Source of the DNA: Lytechinus pictus
Lineage: Eukaryota
Reading direction: 5' to 3'
NCBI RefSeq assembly: GCF_037042905.1
Contig: NC_087245.1
Span: 38,440,001 to 38,504,000 of the forward strand
DNA length: 64,000 nucleotides
The notes beneath the pieces are model-generated. The model did no database searches and was not told where the DNA came from. It saw only the letters and a list, made by a program, of their open reading frames with translations. The number at the start of each line of letters is the position of its first letter. The stretch's first letter is position 1. The translations under genes and the position numbers were made by a program. Shown here one piece after another: positions 1-12,081 of the stretch.

Positions 1-333
1 CAGGTCCCTCTGTTAGTGAAGAAGGCATTTAATGGACAATGCTATTTTATCCTGCATTCAAATAAAATGATTAAAATGCTTTACACATTATTGGTAACTA
101 GGTGCGCACTTGTTTTCTTAAAAAAAAAACACACATTCTAATCTTATTTACTCCGTATACTGCTATAGGGCATAAGAATGCATATTATTAATAAGAATAG
201 TGACTTGTAATATTGCTGTTATAAAACATACACGGTAATTGAATGAATATAAACTTCACAAAAGAGAAGCCCATTTGATGACAAAGTATAGATCTATTCA
301 TAGTTGTGGTATAAAATTGCCTCGACACCGCTA

Positions 334-1551
334 TTAATAACTCAATTTTTTTGAAACAGTTTTCCGGCATTCTTGTTTAGTTCTGACTTTTTGTGGTTTA
401 TGTGGGCACTCATTGTCAGATTTTCTGCTATTTCTTAATGGTGTCATTTCAATTTGTTTATTTTTATCCTCGGATGATTCGATTTCACTTACATTTAACT
501 CATTGGCTATGGTTAAAAGGCTACTGGGATGTTGAGAACTGTATTGATCCTCGTCACAACTTGAGTCATTAAAGTTTGGTGTGCCGGGATGGGTAGGACT
601 GCTCGATATATTTTTTCGACGCACTACCAAAAGGATTGCTATGATAGGTATTATTAGTATAATCAATGCTACTATAACCCCAAGAATAATAATTATGGTC
701 AACGATCTGGTACTAGTTTTCCCAGTTTTATAGTTCGTTGTAGCGTACTGGTCCCATCTGATAGCATCCGTATCAAGTTTAAAGACGTTTACTGTCGAAG
801 TTTCTGTAATAGGCCTACTTACTGCTATCTCCATACAAAGAGACACGTCAAGGTGATTTATAGTGTGATTTGCCAATTCGCTCGGGTATGAACATACTGG
901 ATTATCAAACCTGACGTATTTCTCGTTGCTTATGGATAGTTGATGATACCACTGACGCAATGGCTCCATGCTGCAGTCGCAATTCAAAGGATTGCCTTTC
1001 AGAAACAGAATTTTGGTGTTGTCTGTCAACACCTCCAAATTCAAATTGTCAAGTTGATGAAGTTTGTTCCATCTCAAATCTAAACGAATGTTCTGAAGAT
1101 AAAGAACATTGCCAATAGAAACCAAACTGTTTCCAGAGAGATTTATGTTCTTTAGGTAATCCATATGTGAAAAGAGATCAATGGATAGAGTTGTGAGAGA
1201 ATTGCTAGAAAGGTCCAGATTGACCAAGGATGAAAGGTCTTTGAAGATATCCTCAGGAAGATTAACCAGTTTGTTCATGCCGAGGAAAAGAAGCTCGAGT
1301 TTCTTTAAATGTTGGAAGACACCGGAAGTGAGTTGGGAAAGACGGTTCTGGTACAGGTCAATGACCTCGAGCTTTGGGACGAGTTGGAAGGTTCCGTTCT
1401 CGATGGCCCTCAGTGAGTTCCTACTCAAGTAGATGTTTTGGAGTCGGTTTTCTGTTCCGTTTAGTGCGTACCGATCGAACACCTGAAGATTGTTGTAGAG
1501 CAGCTTGATCGACTTGAGTTGAGGTGCCCCGATGAATGTATTTGCTTCGAT
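334..1551 (-). CDS. LRR transmembrane receptor copy 1, coding exon 2 (LRR2 end to LRRCT, S/T stalk, TM, cytoplasmic tail)
   Basis: Open frame with LxxLxLxxNxL repeats, NPLNCDC...CSYP...C LRRCT, hydrophobic TM IIIILGVIVALIILIIPIIAILLVV then RRK; acceptor tctttacag|ATC at 1552-1554, stop TAA 334-336; joins exon 3487-3774 in phase 0 (NISH|IEAN), giving about 501 aa. Confidence 0.93.
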   Translation of the reverse strand: MEANTFIGAPQLKSIKLLYNNLQVFDRYALNGTENRLQNIYLSRNSLRAIENGTFQLVPKLEVIDLYQNRLSQLTSGVFQHLKKLELLFLGMNKLVNLPEDIFKDLSSLVNLDLSSNSLTTLSIDLFSHMDYLKNINLSGNSLVSIGNVLYLQNIRLDLRWNKLHQLDNLNLEVLTDNTKILFLKGNPLNCDCSMEPLRQWYHQLSISNEKYVRFDNPVCSYPSELANHTINHLDVSLCMEIAVSRPITETSTVNVFKLDTDAIRWDQYATTNYKTGKTSTRSLTIIIILGVIVALIILIIPIIAILLVVRRKNISSSPTHPGTPNFNDSSCDEDQYSSQHPSSLLTIANELNVSEIESSEDKNKQIEMTPLRNSRKSDNECPHKPQKVRTKQECRKTVSKKLSY

Positions 1552-1984
1552 CTGTAAAGATAGAGTGAGACACATTTGTTCAAAATATATATGTATATAT
1601 GATTTTTATATAAAATAAAAGTGGCATGAAAGACTTTGTAACAAATAACACTATTGTGACGAAATTGCCTGGTTCGAACCAATACCAGAATTGAGTAGGT
1701 TTGAACAAACACTTGGCGCCTGAAAAAAATAATCAGATGGAGTCAAAGAGAAAATGTTAAAGAATAAAGAGAAGAGAAGATGGGAGATGGGTGAGAAGAG
1801 AGAGGGGGGAGGGAAGATGATGGAGGAGAGCATGGAGAGAGAGAAAGGGGGAGGAGGGAGAGAGATCATAATGTGAGCGTTTGCCATTAATCAATTAATT
1901 GGGGGAAATGGTTTCATTTACACAATCTAATACAAAATACAAAGTGGAATATAAGTTTTCAAGGAAAAAAAAACTAAAATAGGA

Positions 1985-2210
1985 ACACTCTTAAAATAGT
2001 TGGGCAAAATATGCCAACTTTTAACCAACCCTCGGCAACATACTGTCCATACAACTATTGGTTAAAATCTGCCTATATTGGGTAATATAAACTAATAATT
2101 GGGTAATAAATTTGCTCAATTTGATAATAATTGCCCAGAATATATAATATAATTTTTACTAACATACATTACCCAACACAGTGGACAGTATGTTGCCCAA
2201 CATTTTAAGT
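1985..2210. mobile_element. Palindromic MITE family (acactcttaaaa..ttgggca)
   Basis: Inverted arms ttgggcaa...ggcaacatactgtcca / tggacagtatgttgcccaac; related copies at 17603-17826, 35209-35435 and more distantly 55001-55200. Confidence 0.75.
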
Positions 2211-3486
2211 TTGTATGCTTATGAGATGTCAAAGTGGAATGAATTCACAAGATAATGCTAGTAGGCCTACACTTCAAATTTCACGTATTTTAAGTTTCTT
2301 TATGTATCCTCTGATCTCCTGTAAATAGTGACTATCAGAACTCTGGATCTAGATCCAAATCAATTTGAATTTAGATTTGAATATGAAATCTTTGTGATTT
2401 AGATATCACTAAAACTATCTGTAGTCAACTTTATTTTGAATCTCAGAATTTCATATCACAAAGATTTGATTTGGGATCAAGACCATAACACAAAATGTTG
2501 GCGATTAATCGCTAAGTGGTGATGGCCAATCCAGATCAATGTTACATTTGTGTTTTGTTCAAAACACTCACTAGAAACCAATCACAGGTGTCCTTTCATA
2601 TTTTGTATTCATCATAAACCCTTGTGTTACTGGGCCCTGATAAAGTAAGGGGAATACCCGGTCATTGTTAACGGTCGTTAATAATAACAATAATGACAGT
2701 TTCATTCTCATTGGTTGCAGTCATTTGAAACCATGCAGTCTCTCGGCGTTCATTGTTGTCTTATGATTAGTCAAATAACGAATGTATTTGAGATTGTTGT
2801 GTTCGAACCAAAAAGGAGTCTGGGTCAAAAAGAAAAATTCTGGTAAATATTTTTACCAACAATTTGGTCAGTTTTTAACAACATTTTGTAGGTTATTCTC
2901 CTGATTTTGTAGCCTCGCACTTCAGGAGAACTACCTGTAATTTTTGCCTATATTGTGTTTATTTTATTGGGGGGGGGCAAATTTCGTGGTAGAAAATTTG
3001 TAAAGAGAAAAAGTTACTTTTATCAGGTTTGTTGTCATTCTGTTGGCATAAATCATAAAATGACATGAACATAGAGCTGCATTTTGGAACCATGGTTTGA
3101 ATAGTCTTGTTATTTATAAGGATTTAATCGATCAGAAAGTTACATAGCACACATTCCATTTAAGTGTTTCCAGATTGGATTATAGCTACAAAATATCACA
3201 TTGTTTTCTGCGGATTACAATCCTATAAGATCAGATGTCATTTCAATATAAACTTATACAGTACAATACGTATCTTAATATGGATGAACGCTCACAATCA
3301 TACAACACAATCATATTTCAAAGTCCATATTTTAAAATGTTTGTTTTTTCCAAACTTATATCATGTAGATATAGGCCTACTTCGCCAAAGATTTAGAAAA
3401 GTCGAGGCACTATAAAATGCATGTTCCTACAAAACATTATACACTTTATAGTTATTCATTCTCTCTTATATAAAGTTTATACTTAC

Positions 3487-3774
3487 ATGTGAGATGTTGT
3501 TGTTTGACAGTAAGAGGTATTTTAGGAAATGAAAACCTCTAAAAATCTCAGGTCGTATTTTTGTGATGTGGTTGTAACGAAGCGATAGATATGAAGCAGC
3601 ATTGCATTCGATTGGTATGGTATCCAATGATCTGTGTTCACAGTTCGCCTGTTGTAAAGCCTCCACGTAAGAGCATTTACGATGACATGGCGAAGAACGT
3701 TGAGTTTCGGTGCTACGGCACATGAATAGTATGATCAAGATTAGTAAAAACTTTTTCAAAGATTGAACTTCCAT
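3487..3774 (-). CDS. LRR transmembrane receptor copy 1, coding exon 1 (signal peptide, LRRNT, LRR1-2)
   Basis: MEVQSLKKFLLILIILFMC signal peptide, CHRKC...C...LDTIP..C cap, LSLRYNHI and LLLSNNNISH; donor GTAAGT at 3486-3481. Confidence 0.92.
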
Positions 3775-4192
3775 TTTAGATATTTCTTGTCCTGAAAATA
3801 ACGATACGTATAAATTCAGCTTTCAAGAGCGTACAAACGCTTAGTTTGATGAAGCACGCTGTGTGTCAAGTAATTGAACTAATTCAAATCTCCCACTCTA
3901 GCACGATTAGTATACATATTCATTACAAGTACAATTCTGCCTGTCTTGTGATTGGCTGTAACCATGTGTCATTCATCTTGTGATCGGGGAAGTGGGAGGT
4001 AACTTTCTTGGGAACTCATTCACTTCGTAGACGAGCACATCATTAATCGTTATCATATTCAATTACATTTAAATCGTAACCGAAATTTGCAACGGTGAAG
4101 CAACCTTTGATTAAGCTTTAACGGTTTTTTCCCAAAGATTCCACACCTTACAAAATACACCCGAAAGCTCTTATTTCTTACTCTCTCAAGAG

Positions 4193-4455
4193 CATTAGCG
4201 GCGGAAGCCCCAAAATTTAGGGGGGTCCACCCGAAATTTTGTGATGGACACAGGTAAAAAATTAAAAAAATTGACAAGCAAAAAAAAAAGGTTATCAACC
4301 AAAATTTTAGGGGGGGGACGCAGGAAACAAAATTGACAAGCAAAAAAAAAAGTTATCAACAAAAAATTTAGGGGGGACCGTCCCCCCCCCCACCTCAAAT
4401 TTAGGGGGGACCTGTCCCCCCGTCCCCTCCCCCCCCCCCGCTTCCGCCGCCTATG
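4193..4455. mobile_element. hAT-like MITE with 8-bp TSD
   Basis: TIR cat(t)agcggcggaagc / gcttccgccgcctatg; TSD ctcaagag at 4185-4192 and 4456-4463; empty site in paralog at about 22973. Confidence 0.9.
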
Positions 4456-4922
4456 CTCAAGAGCATATTGATTGAAATAATGCATATATAGTTCAATCAT
4501 GGCGAAAGAAAATTGTTCAGTTTTCAGATAATTCGTTACTTGATCTATGCCACATTCTTCCAACATCATTAGAAAAGAAAAAAATAATGCATGTACGATT
4601 ACAAGAATAAAACTATAGCCCAGTTTGTCAGTATAGGCCTACTCTCTGTTGTCGTGATATTTTTGTGGTAATTGTTGATAATTCTAGTTCTATTCCGTCG
4701 TTTTGAAGAGAATAATTTTCCGATCATAATCCCGATTCAGAATTATGTGAACCAATAAAGATAAAATTCAGTATTATATCTCTTGGACCACAACATGGCG
4801 AACATCAAAAATTATGTAGTGGGGATAAATAGGTTCGATATTGTAATTTACTTTCTGTCGTTGCTGTTGATGATTACCTTCACCACTTTTCAGAAAATTG
4901 TAAAGAAACGGATACACCTTGT

Positions 4923-5164
4923 CACTAGCGTACCTACGGGGGGGGGGGGCACTCTGCCCCCCTGACGAGTCTCAACCCATGCAAAAACGTATCTTTGCCC
5001 CCCTGACGGGCTTGAAAAACCTTTTTTGCCCCCCCCCCTGACGAGCTTTAAGACCTTTAATGCCCCCCTGACGAGCTTGAAGACCTTTTTTTTTTTTTTT
5101 TGCTTGTAAATTTTTTTGGCGGACGGTTTTGCCCCCCCTGTGGAAAATCCTAGGTACGCCACTG
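4923..5164. mobile_element. hAT-like MITE with 8-bp TSD
   Basis: Ends cactagcgtaccta / taggtacgccactg; TSD caccttgt at 4915-4922 and 5165-5172; empty site at about 23425. Confidence 0.9.
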
Positions 5165-8100
5165 CACCTTGTGCCCCGCCAGAAACCCTGGGTCATCTGC
5201 TTAGAAAAAAGCAAAACTGGGTGTTGCATGAAGATAAATGAAAATATAAGAGCATATTACAAAATCCTCCCTGCTGCTCGCATGACTGGGAGTTCAATGT
5301 TTACAAACGATCATTATTTTTGGCGCAGAGCCAGATACGGTAACCATGGTAATTCCATAAATGAGTGCGTTCATTAATTCAGTCAAGGATTTACAGTTCA
5401 CATTTTCACACAATGGTTCGAAAAGCATCAAATCATGCCTGAAACAGGCTAATACCAGCTTCTATCGGCTCAAATAAAGCATTTAATGATTATCAACCCA
5501 TAAGAAAGGCGTGGTTACTTCGGGCAAAGGGTCATGCATGATCCAACTATTAATTGCAAGATGAAACCTCTCTGGTCTTACACTTTTTCTTTGACTCGGG
5601 CTCTAACTTCTCTCTTTGTTAAATGTAATGTTAGCTTTATTTTTACAATGTTGCTCAACTTAGTTATTAAAAGAGATTTTTATTTATATCAATTACATTA
5701 TTATCAATGATGAAAACAACAGTATGATAATAATAATAAAGGAAGTGAAATATAAGTGAGCATGTGCATGGTGGGAAAATGCCTAATGTATACATATTTT
5801 ATAACATGAATAATTGTTTGCCAGAGTTTTTCTTCATTTTCCGGAGTTTTTTGGTAAAGTTTTATGCAATGGGCCCCTGGTATATTCATACGCAGTAAGG
5901 CTGATTTACCTAAATCAGAAGTTTTCTCGTCATGGATTAGAAAGTTAAAGCTCCATGTTATCGTCATCATCATTATCGTCATCATCATCACCACCATCAT
6001 CGTCATCATTATCGTCATCATCATCAATCCCTTTATCATAAATATCAAAATTATTAGCATTCCTTTTGGCGGATTGAATAACATACCTCTTTGAAAAGTT
6101 GCATATAAAAAATTCCACTAGGATTAAAATCATAGTATTGTATTCTTCATTTATCAATTTTAATTGAAATTTCCTTGATTATCTCACTAAAAATAAGTAA
6201 TAATAATTAAAGAAATCGTTTAGACAGAAATATTGTATATTTAAGTTTTTATTTAAATAACACAACAAAATCACAATTTTTAAAGGATTTACAAGATTAA
6301 AACATAAAATCAAGGATCATACAAGTAAAAAAGAGAGCAGTTTAAAAATAAACAAGATAAATCTTTCAAAGATGAGACTCCGAGAACTACTTACGGATCT
6401 ACCTACTGAAAACAAATATCAAGAACTCAGATCTCTAAAAATGTTTGTTTCCTTATTGTGTTACTACTATTCCCTTAGGGGTGAATAGCTTAATAGAACA
6501 GAAAAAAAAACTTTCCCCATCCACCGTGCCATATACCAGGCATATACTTAGTAAACATGAGTAGGCTATATAAACGGGTCAGCAAGGTGAACTAGTATTG
6601 AATATCTAAAAGCAAGCTAAAATTCGACTTTAACACATTCACTGATGACTCGATTCGAACAGAGTGAAGTATAAATGTAAGTTTTCATGACATTTGCTCC
6701 GGCGACAATTGCTCCAATGGAAAATCTGCTCGTTAAGCCAAACATAAAAGCTTAACTCCAAAAACTAAATGAACCCTAATCCTTATAGTTCCATTGCTCT
6801 GAACCAAAAACTCTATTACTATCCTAAATGTACAATGCCCTCTAAAATATTAAGACCGGAGAAAATAGGCCTACAAAAATCCAACTGACCACTCATTGTT
6901 AGAATGTAACACCACTGGTCACTAAGGATGTATGGATGCATGCAGGTCTGTTTATACAATAACTATACTTGGTTTGAGAGGTGGATGCGGAGACCAATGA
7001 GGATGCGTGTGTGGACGTGTGGGTGTGTATGTGTGTGTCTGTACGTGGTATGAAATGATGTGTAAGAGTTTGTGTGTGGGTGTATGTGTGTGTGTGAAAT
7101 TGGGTGAAGATGTGTGTGTGTGTGGAGTGTGGTTGGTGAACAGGGATGTATTGTGTCAATATAGCTCGACTTGGCACCGGTATCAAATATTAATTCTAGA
7201 AAACCTAATATTTTTCAGTTAAAATCACGGCAATACATTTCAATTCCAATTTTAAAAATACATCAAAATGTCCATTTCGTTTTCATTCTGTAGTTATATG
7301 ACTATGAATAAATAATGCAATGAAAAACAGTCCAAAACGTCAATGAAAACAAAGTTTAGCAGAAATAATAACTGATAAAATCTCTTGATACTTTTGTTCG
7401 GACACGTTAGAGCAATAGTTTGTATTTTTTTTAAGTAAAAAGGTGAAATTTCACTACAAATTTGGAAAATTCTTTATATATCATGAAAATTTAGTAAACA
7501 TTCTTCTTTATACCTGATACTGCACTGTAAATTTATTCAACATAATGTCGACAGTTATGACAGTGTAACTTCAGCCAACAGGTTTTCAGCCTATCAAATG
7601 TTTTGAAGTCCATGTACGCCTTATGTTAAACATTTAAAATATAACATCCTATATAGTACAAAATATTCGCCAGCAATGAAATTACCGTTTCTTCCATATC
7701 ACTACATAATTATTTACACTAATGGAATTTTTTTGTGCCATGAGGGTATAGATTTGTGGATTAAATACTTTCATATTGCTTATTATTTTTCTGTATATAT
7801 TTATGTCTAATCTACTCCCAACCGTGCATACAAAAAAATATTTTCAAACAATATTATTGTGATATTTACAATTATACATTTATACAGAGAAAGGAAGGCG
7901 TGTATTCTCTGAAAGGCTTAAAAGGTATAAATACATTGCACATCATAATTGAAGGTGAAGAGAACATTGAAGAGTAATGATAGGAAAAGGCACTTGGAAG
8001 AAAGTAGAGAAGGCTGAATCACCCATAGACTAATTGCAACAAAATAAGATATTGGCAGGATTTTAGTTCCAATATATAAATACATGTATATTTACAACCG

Positions 8101-8270
8101 TGTTATACTGGAAATATTTTAACTAAAATAATAGTAGATGAAAGTTCAGCCACTGGGAAGTGTAATTATAACAAAATATCAATTGTGTTGTTGCGAGTTT
8201 ATTTTTAAAACACTTTGTATTCATATTTAAATATCCATTATGTATTGAGAACCACAAAATTGCAATCTGT

Positions 8271-8355
8271 TTAAGAGTCTAAATCGTTGAAAGAGTCGTT
8301 CAAATATCTCTAACACTTATTTATTTCGAGTTGTGTCCCATTTAAACGTTTGTTG
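8271..8355 (-). pseudogene. 3' remnant of a fifth LRR receptor gene (copy-4 type)
   Basis: Aligns to 27100-27184; translates NKRLNGTQLEINKC*RYLNDSFNDLDS* with in-frame TAG at 8312-8310; homology stops abruptly at 8355. Confidence 0.85.
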
Positions 8356-8625
8356 TCGATACGACAGTTTGGCTGACCGCGCGCATCGAAATCGCGGTCA
8401 GTCAAAACGTCGTATCGCTCTGCTACAGTGCACGTTTCCAATGGGATTTGCGCATTTTATTAAAAATTTGTATGGCATCCCCGTGAAAATCCCTTCATAT
8501 CTCAGAAACTGAAATAAATTGCTGCCTAGAAATTCAGTTATGACTAGAATAGGACTTATACATTCATTTTTTCAAACATCTCAATTTTTTTTTAGCCAAA
8601 ATTGACTAAGACGACGGTTCTGATG

Positions 8626-8812
8626 NNNNNNNNNNNNNNNNNNNNNNNNNNNNNNNNNNNNNNNNNNNNNNNNNNNNNNNNNNNNNNNNNNNNNNNNNNN
8701 NNNNNNNNNNNNNNNNNNNNNNNNNNNNNNNNNNNNNNNNNNNNNNNNNNNNNNNNNNNNNNNNNNNNNNNNNNNNNNNNNNNNNNNNNNNNNNNNNNNN
8801 NNNNNNNNNNNN
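8626..8812. other. Assembly gap (N run)
   Basis: 187 N bases. Confidence 1.
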
Positions 8813-8920
8813 GTGTATGTGTATATAAGAATAGAAAACTCAATTTTGTCCCCAACCTTTGAGGAGAGATTTCAGCTCTCCACTGAAAAAATCGTTCCCA
8901 GGGCCCTGATTACACCGCTA

Positions 8921-10138
8921 TTAAAAACTCAATTTTCTTCGTGTGCTTTCCCTGCTCTCTTGTTTAGTTCTGTCTTTTTGTGGTTTATTTGGACACTCAT
9001 TGTCAGAGTTACTGCTATTTCTTAATGGTGTCATTTCAATTGGTTCAGTTTTGTCCTCGGATGATTCGAGTACACTTAACCCGTTGCCCATGAATACAAG
9101 GCTATTAGGATCTTGTAAACTGAATTGGACCTCGTCACTCTTTGAGTTATTAGAGTCTGCTGTGCTTCGGTGGGGATTCTGGGGAGGACTGCCCGAATTG
9201 TTTTTTCGAAATACTACATAACAAATTACTATGATGATAGATACTAGTATAACCAGTGCTACTGCAACCCCAGGAATAATTTTAGACAATGATTTAGTAT
9301 TTGTTTTCCCAGTTTCATAGCTCGTTGTAACGTATTGGTCCGTTCCAATGTCATTCGTACCAAATTCAGCATTATAGACGCTTTCTTTCGATGTTTCTGT
9401 ACTGCTTACTGCTATCTCCACGCACAAAGACACATTGATGAAATTTATCGTGTAATTTGCCAATTCGCTCGGGTATGAACATACTGGATTATCAATCTTG
9501 ACGTCCTTCTCGTTGCTTATGGATAGTTGTTGATACCATTGACGCAATGGCTCCATGCTACAACCGCAATGCCACGGATTGCCTTTCAGAAACAGAATTT
9601 CGGCGTTGTCTGACAAGACCTCCAAAGACAAATTGTCAAGTTGATGTAGGTCGTTCCATCTCAAATCTAAACGAATATTCGGAAGATGAAGAACATTGCC
9701 AATAGAAACCAATCGGTTTCTAGAAAGATCAATGATCATTAGGTAATCCATATGTGCAAAGAGATCGCTGGAAAGAGTCGTCAGATAATTGTTGGACAGC
9801 TCTAGGTAGACCAAGGATGAAAGGTCTTTGAAGATATCCTCAGGAAGATTAACCAGTTTGTTCATGCCAAGGAACAGATGTTCGAGGTTCTTTAAATGTT
9901 GGAAGACACCGGAAGTGAGTTGAGAAAGGCGGTTCTGGTACAGGTCGATGACCTCGAGCTTTGGTACGAGTTGGAAGGTTCCGTTCTCGATGACTCTCAG
10001 TGAGTTCCTGCTCAAGTAGATGTTTCGGAGTCGGTTTCCTGTTCCGTTTAGCGCGTACCGATCGAACACCTGAAGATTATTGTTGAGTAGCTTGATTGAT
10101 TTGAGTTGGGGTGCCCCGATGAATGTATTTGCTTCAAT
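8921..10138 (-). CDS. LRR transmembrane receptor copy 2, coding exon 2
   Basis: Paralog of copy 1 exon 2; acceptor tctgtatag|ATT at 10139-10141, frame open to TAA at 8921; LRRCT NPWHCGC, TM IIPGVAVALVILVSIIIVICYVVF, tail ends RRKLSF. Confidence 0.93.
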   Translation of the reverse strand: MEANTFIGAPQLKSIKLLNNNLQVFDRYALNGTGNRLRNIYLSRNSLRVIENGTFQLVPKLEVIDLYQNRLSQLTSGVFQHLKNLEHLFLGMNKLVNLPEDIFKDLSSLVYLELSNNYLTTLSSDLFAHMDYLMIIDLSRNRLVSIGNVLHLPNIRLDLRWNDLHQLDNLSLEVLSDNAEILFLKGNPWHCGCSMEPLRQWYQQLSISNEKDVKIDNPVCSYPSELANYTINFINVSLCVEIAVSSTETSKESVYNAEFGTNDIGTDQYVTTSYETGKTNTKSLSKIIPGVAVALVILVSIIIVICYVVFRKNNSGSPPQNPHRSTADSNNSKSDEVQFSLQDPNSLVFMGNGLSVLESSEDKTEPIEMTPLRNSSNSDNECPNKPQKDRTKQESRESTRRKLSF

Positions 10139-11552
10139 CTATACAGATATGAAGATATAAATTTGTTTAAAATAATGATCGTAATACAAAATGAACTGAC
10201 ATGAGAGACTTTGTAACAATCTACAAAGCTACATAATTGCCTGTTGAAATTAATTTTGTGGCGAAATTGCCTGGTTTGATCCAATAACAAATTGGTAAGT
10301 TATTGAACAAAACAGTTAAAGGAATGCTTGACGCCTCATAAAATAAACAGATGGAGTAAGGAGAAAGTATTAAAGAATAGACGAAATGCGAAGAGGATGA
10401 GGAAAGAGAGAGGTGGGGAGGGGAGATGATGGAGGAGAGCATGGAGAGAGAGAGAGTTGGTTAATTGGGGTAATGGTTTCACTGACACAATCTTATACAA
10501 AATACAATGTGGAATATAATTTTTGAAGAAAACATTTAAATATAGGTATGCTTATGAATTCGCAAAGTTCTTAAATGCTTTTATTCATTTTCTGATCTGC
10601 TGTTATAGTGAAAATCCGAACTCTCGATTTAGATCCAAATCAATTTCAATCTAAATAATGTTAGATTTAATAATGAATTCTTCTCATGATTAAGATCTTA
10701 ATCCAGCGTTCAAAAAGTCATTATGCACATATCTGTAGTCAATTTGGATTCATTTTGAATCTCAGAATTTCATATCACAGAGGGTTGATCTGCGCTCCAT
10801 AACAAATGTTGGCGATTAATGGCTAACTGTGGATGACCAATCCAGATCAATGTTACATTTGTGTTTTGTTCAAAACACTGTCTAGAAACCAATCAGAGGT
10901 GTTCTTTCATATTTTGTATCCATCGTAAACCTTTGTGTTACAGTGCCCTGATAGAGTAATACCCGGCCATCGTTAATGATAACAATGATTACATTATCAT
11001 TTGGTTGCTCGTCCTTCGAAACCAGTCCCCGTTCATGGTCAGTTGGCTTTTATGATTTTCTGGCTTGGATAATTATATTCATTCTTAAAAAATAATTAAT
11101 CAAATAACCATAGCACTCTATAGTCAAAATCATCAACGTTAAATTCGGGTACAAGTTTTTTAACCAAAAAATTGGAGTAACATTATAAATATTTTATAAA
11201 TATATATACACACTATTCACCAATGCATTAGTTCTTTTAAATTAGTATTTTAAGAGTATGTTTAGGCCTACATGTAATTGTATTGCATATGACAATGTTT
11301 GGTAGGAAAATTGTAACGAGAATAAAGTTTTGTCAGGTTTGTTGTCATTCAGAGCATAAATCATGAAACTAGATAGATAGATAGATATATGGATGGATCT
11401 TAATATAAAATATTTCCTTCCGTGCTTACGTTCACATTAGTGGATTGGTGATCCCGGGTTGGTGATATACGTCTGCTTTTCATGAAATCCTAAAATCAGT
11501 CTTTAAAATGTCCCTTTTTATGATCTGAGCACATATATATCTATAGACACAT

Positions 11553-11670
11553 TGTAAACTCCTGAAGAAGACGGAGGACCGTTGAAAATTCGAGTAAACA
11601 ATAAATTATTTATTGGCAATCAAAGCATTATCTTCATCATTATTTTGTTACCTTACAGAAGCCAATACGT
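11553..11670 (+). mobile_element. Penelope-like element terminal remnant with hammerhead-like core
   Basis: actc-CTGAAGA-a-gacgg(agga)ccgtt-GAAA-attc-gagt followed by AATAAA; flanked by a 28-bp inverted repeat (11504-11531 / 11709-11736). Confidence 0.5.
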
Positions 11671-11675
11671 GAAAC

Positions 11676-11706
<31 letters not shown>

Positions 11707-11802
11707 TATGCTCAGATCATAAAAAGGGACATTTTAGGTTTCATGATTGTACTGCACACATTACTCACATTCAGTCTCTCTTATAATTAGGTTTATACTT
11801 AC

Positions 11803-12081
11803 ATGTGAAATGTTGTTGTTTGATAGTAAGAGGTATTTTAGGAAAGGAAACCCTCTAAAAACACCAGGTCGTATTCTTGTGATGTGGTTGTAACGAAGCG
11901 ATAGATACGAAGCAGCATTGCATTCGATTGGTATAGTATCCAATGATCTGTATTCACAGTTCGCCTGTTGAGAAGCCTCAACGTATGAACATTTACGATG
12001 ACATGGCGAAGAACGTTGAGTTTCGGTGCTACGGCACATGAAAAGTATTAGTAAAAACTTATTCAAAGATTGAACCTCCAT
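11803..12081 (-). CDS. LRR transmembrane receptor copy 2, coding exon 1
   Basis: MEVQSLNKFLLILFMC...LLLSNNNISH, 93 codons, donor GTAAGT at 11802-11797; spliced product about 498 aa. Confidence 0.92.

Larger units (their letters stand above)
1552..8355. repeat. Segmental duplication unit A (paralog of about 16988-27184)
   Basis: Colinear high similarity over intron, exon 1, upstream region, (CAT)n and (TG)n tracts and the 3' end of the next gene; differs by MITE/LINE indels. Confidence 0.9.

Noticed and set aside
5704-7222. Poly-Met/Ile/Asp and His-Thr ORFs (also 24418-25993, 32325-32592, 47853-48179)
   Set aside because: Translations of (CAT)n, (TG)n and (ATT)n microsatellites
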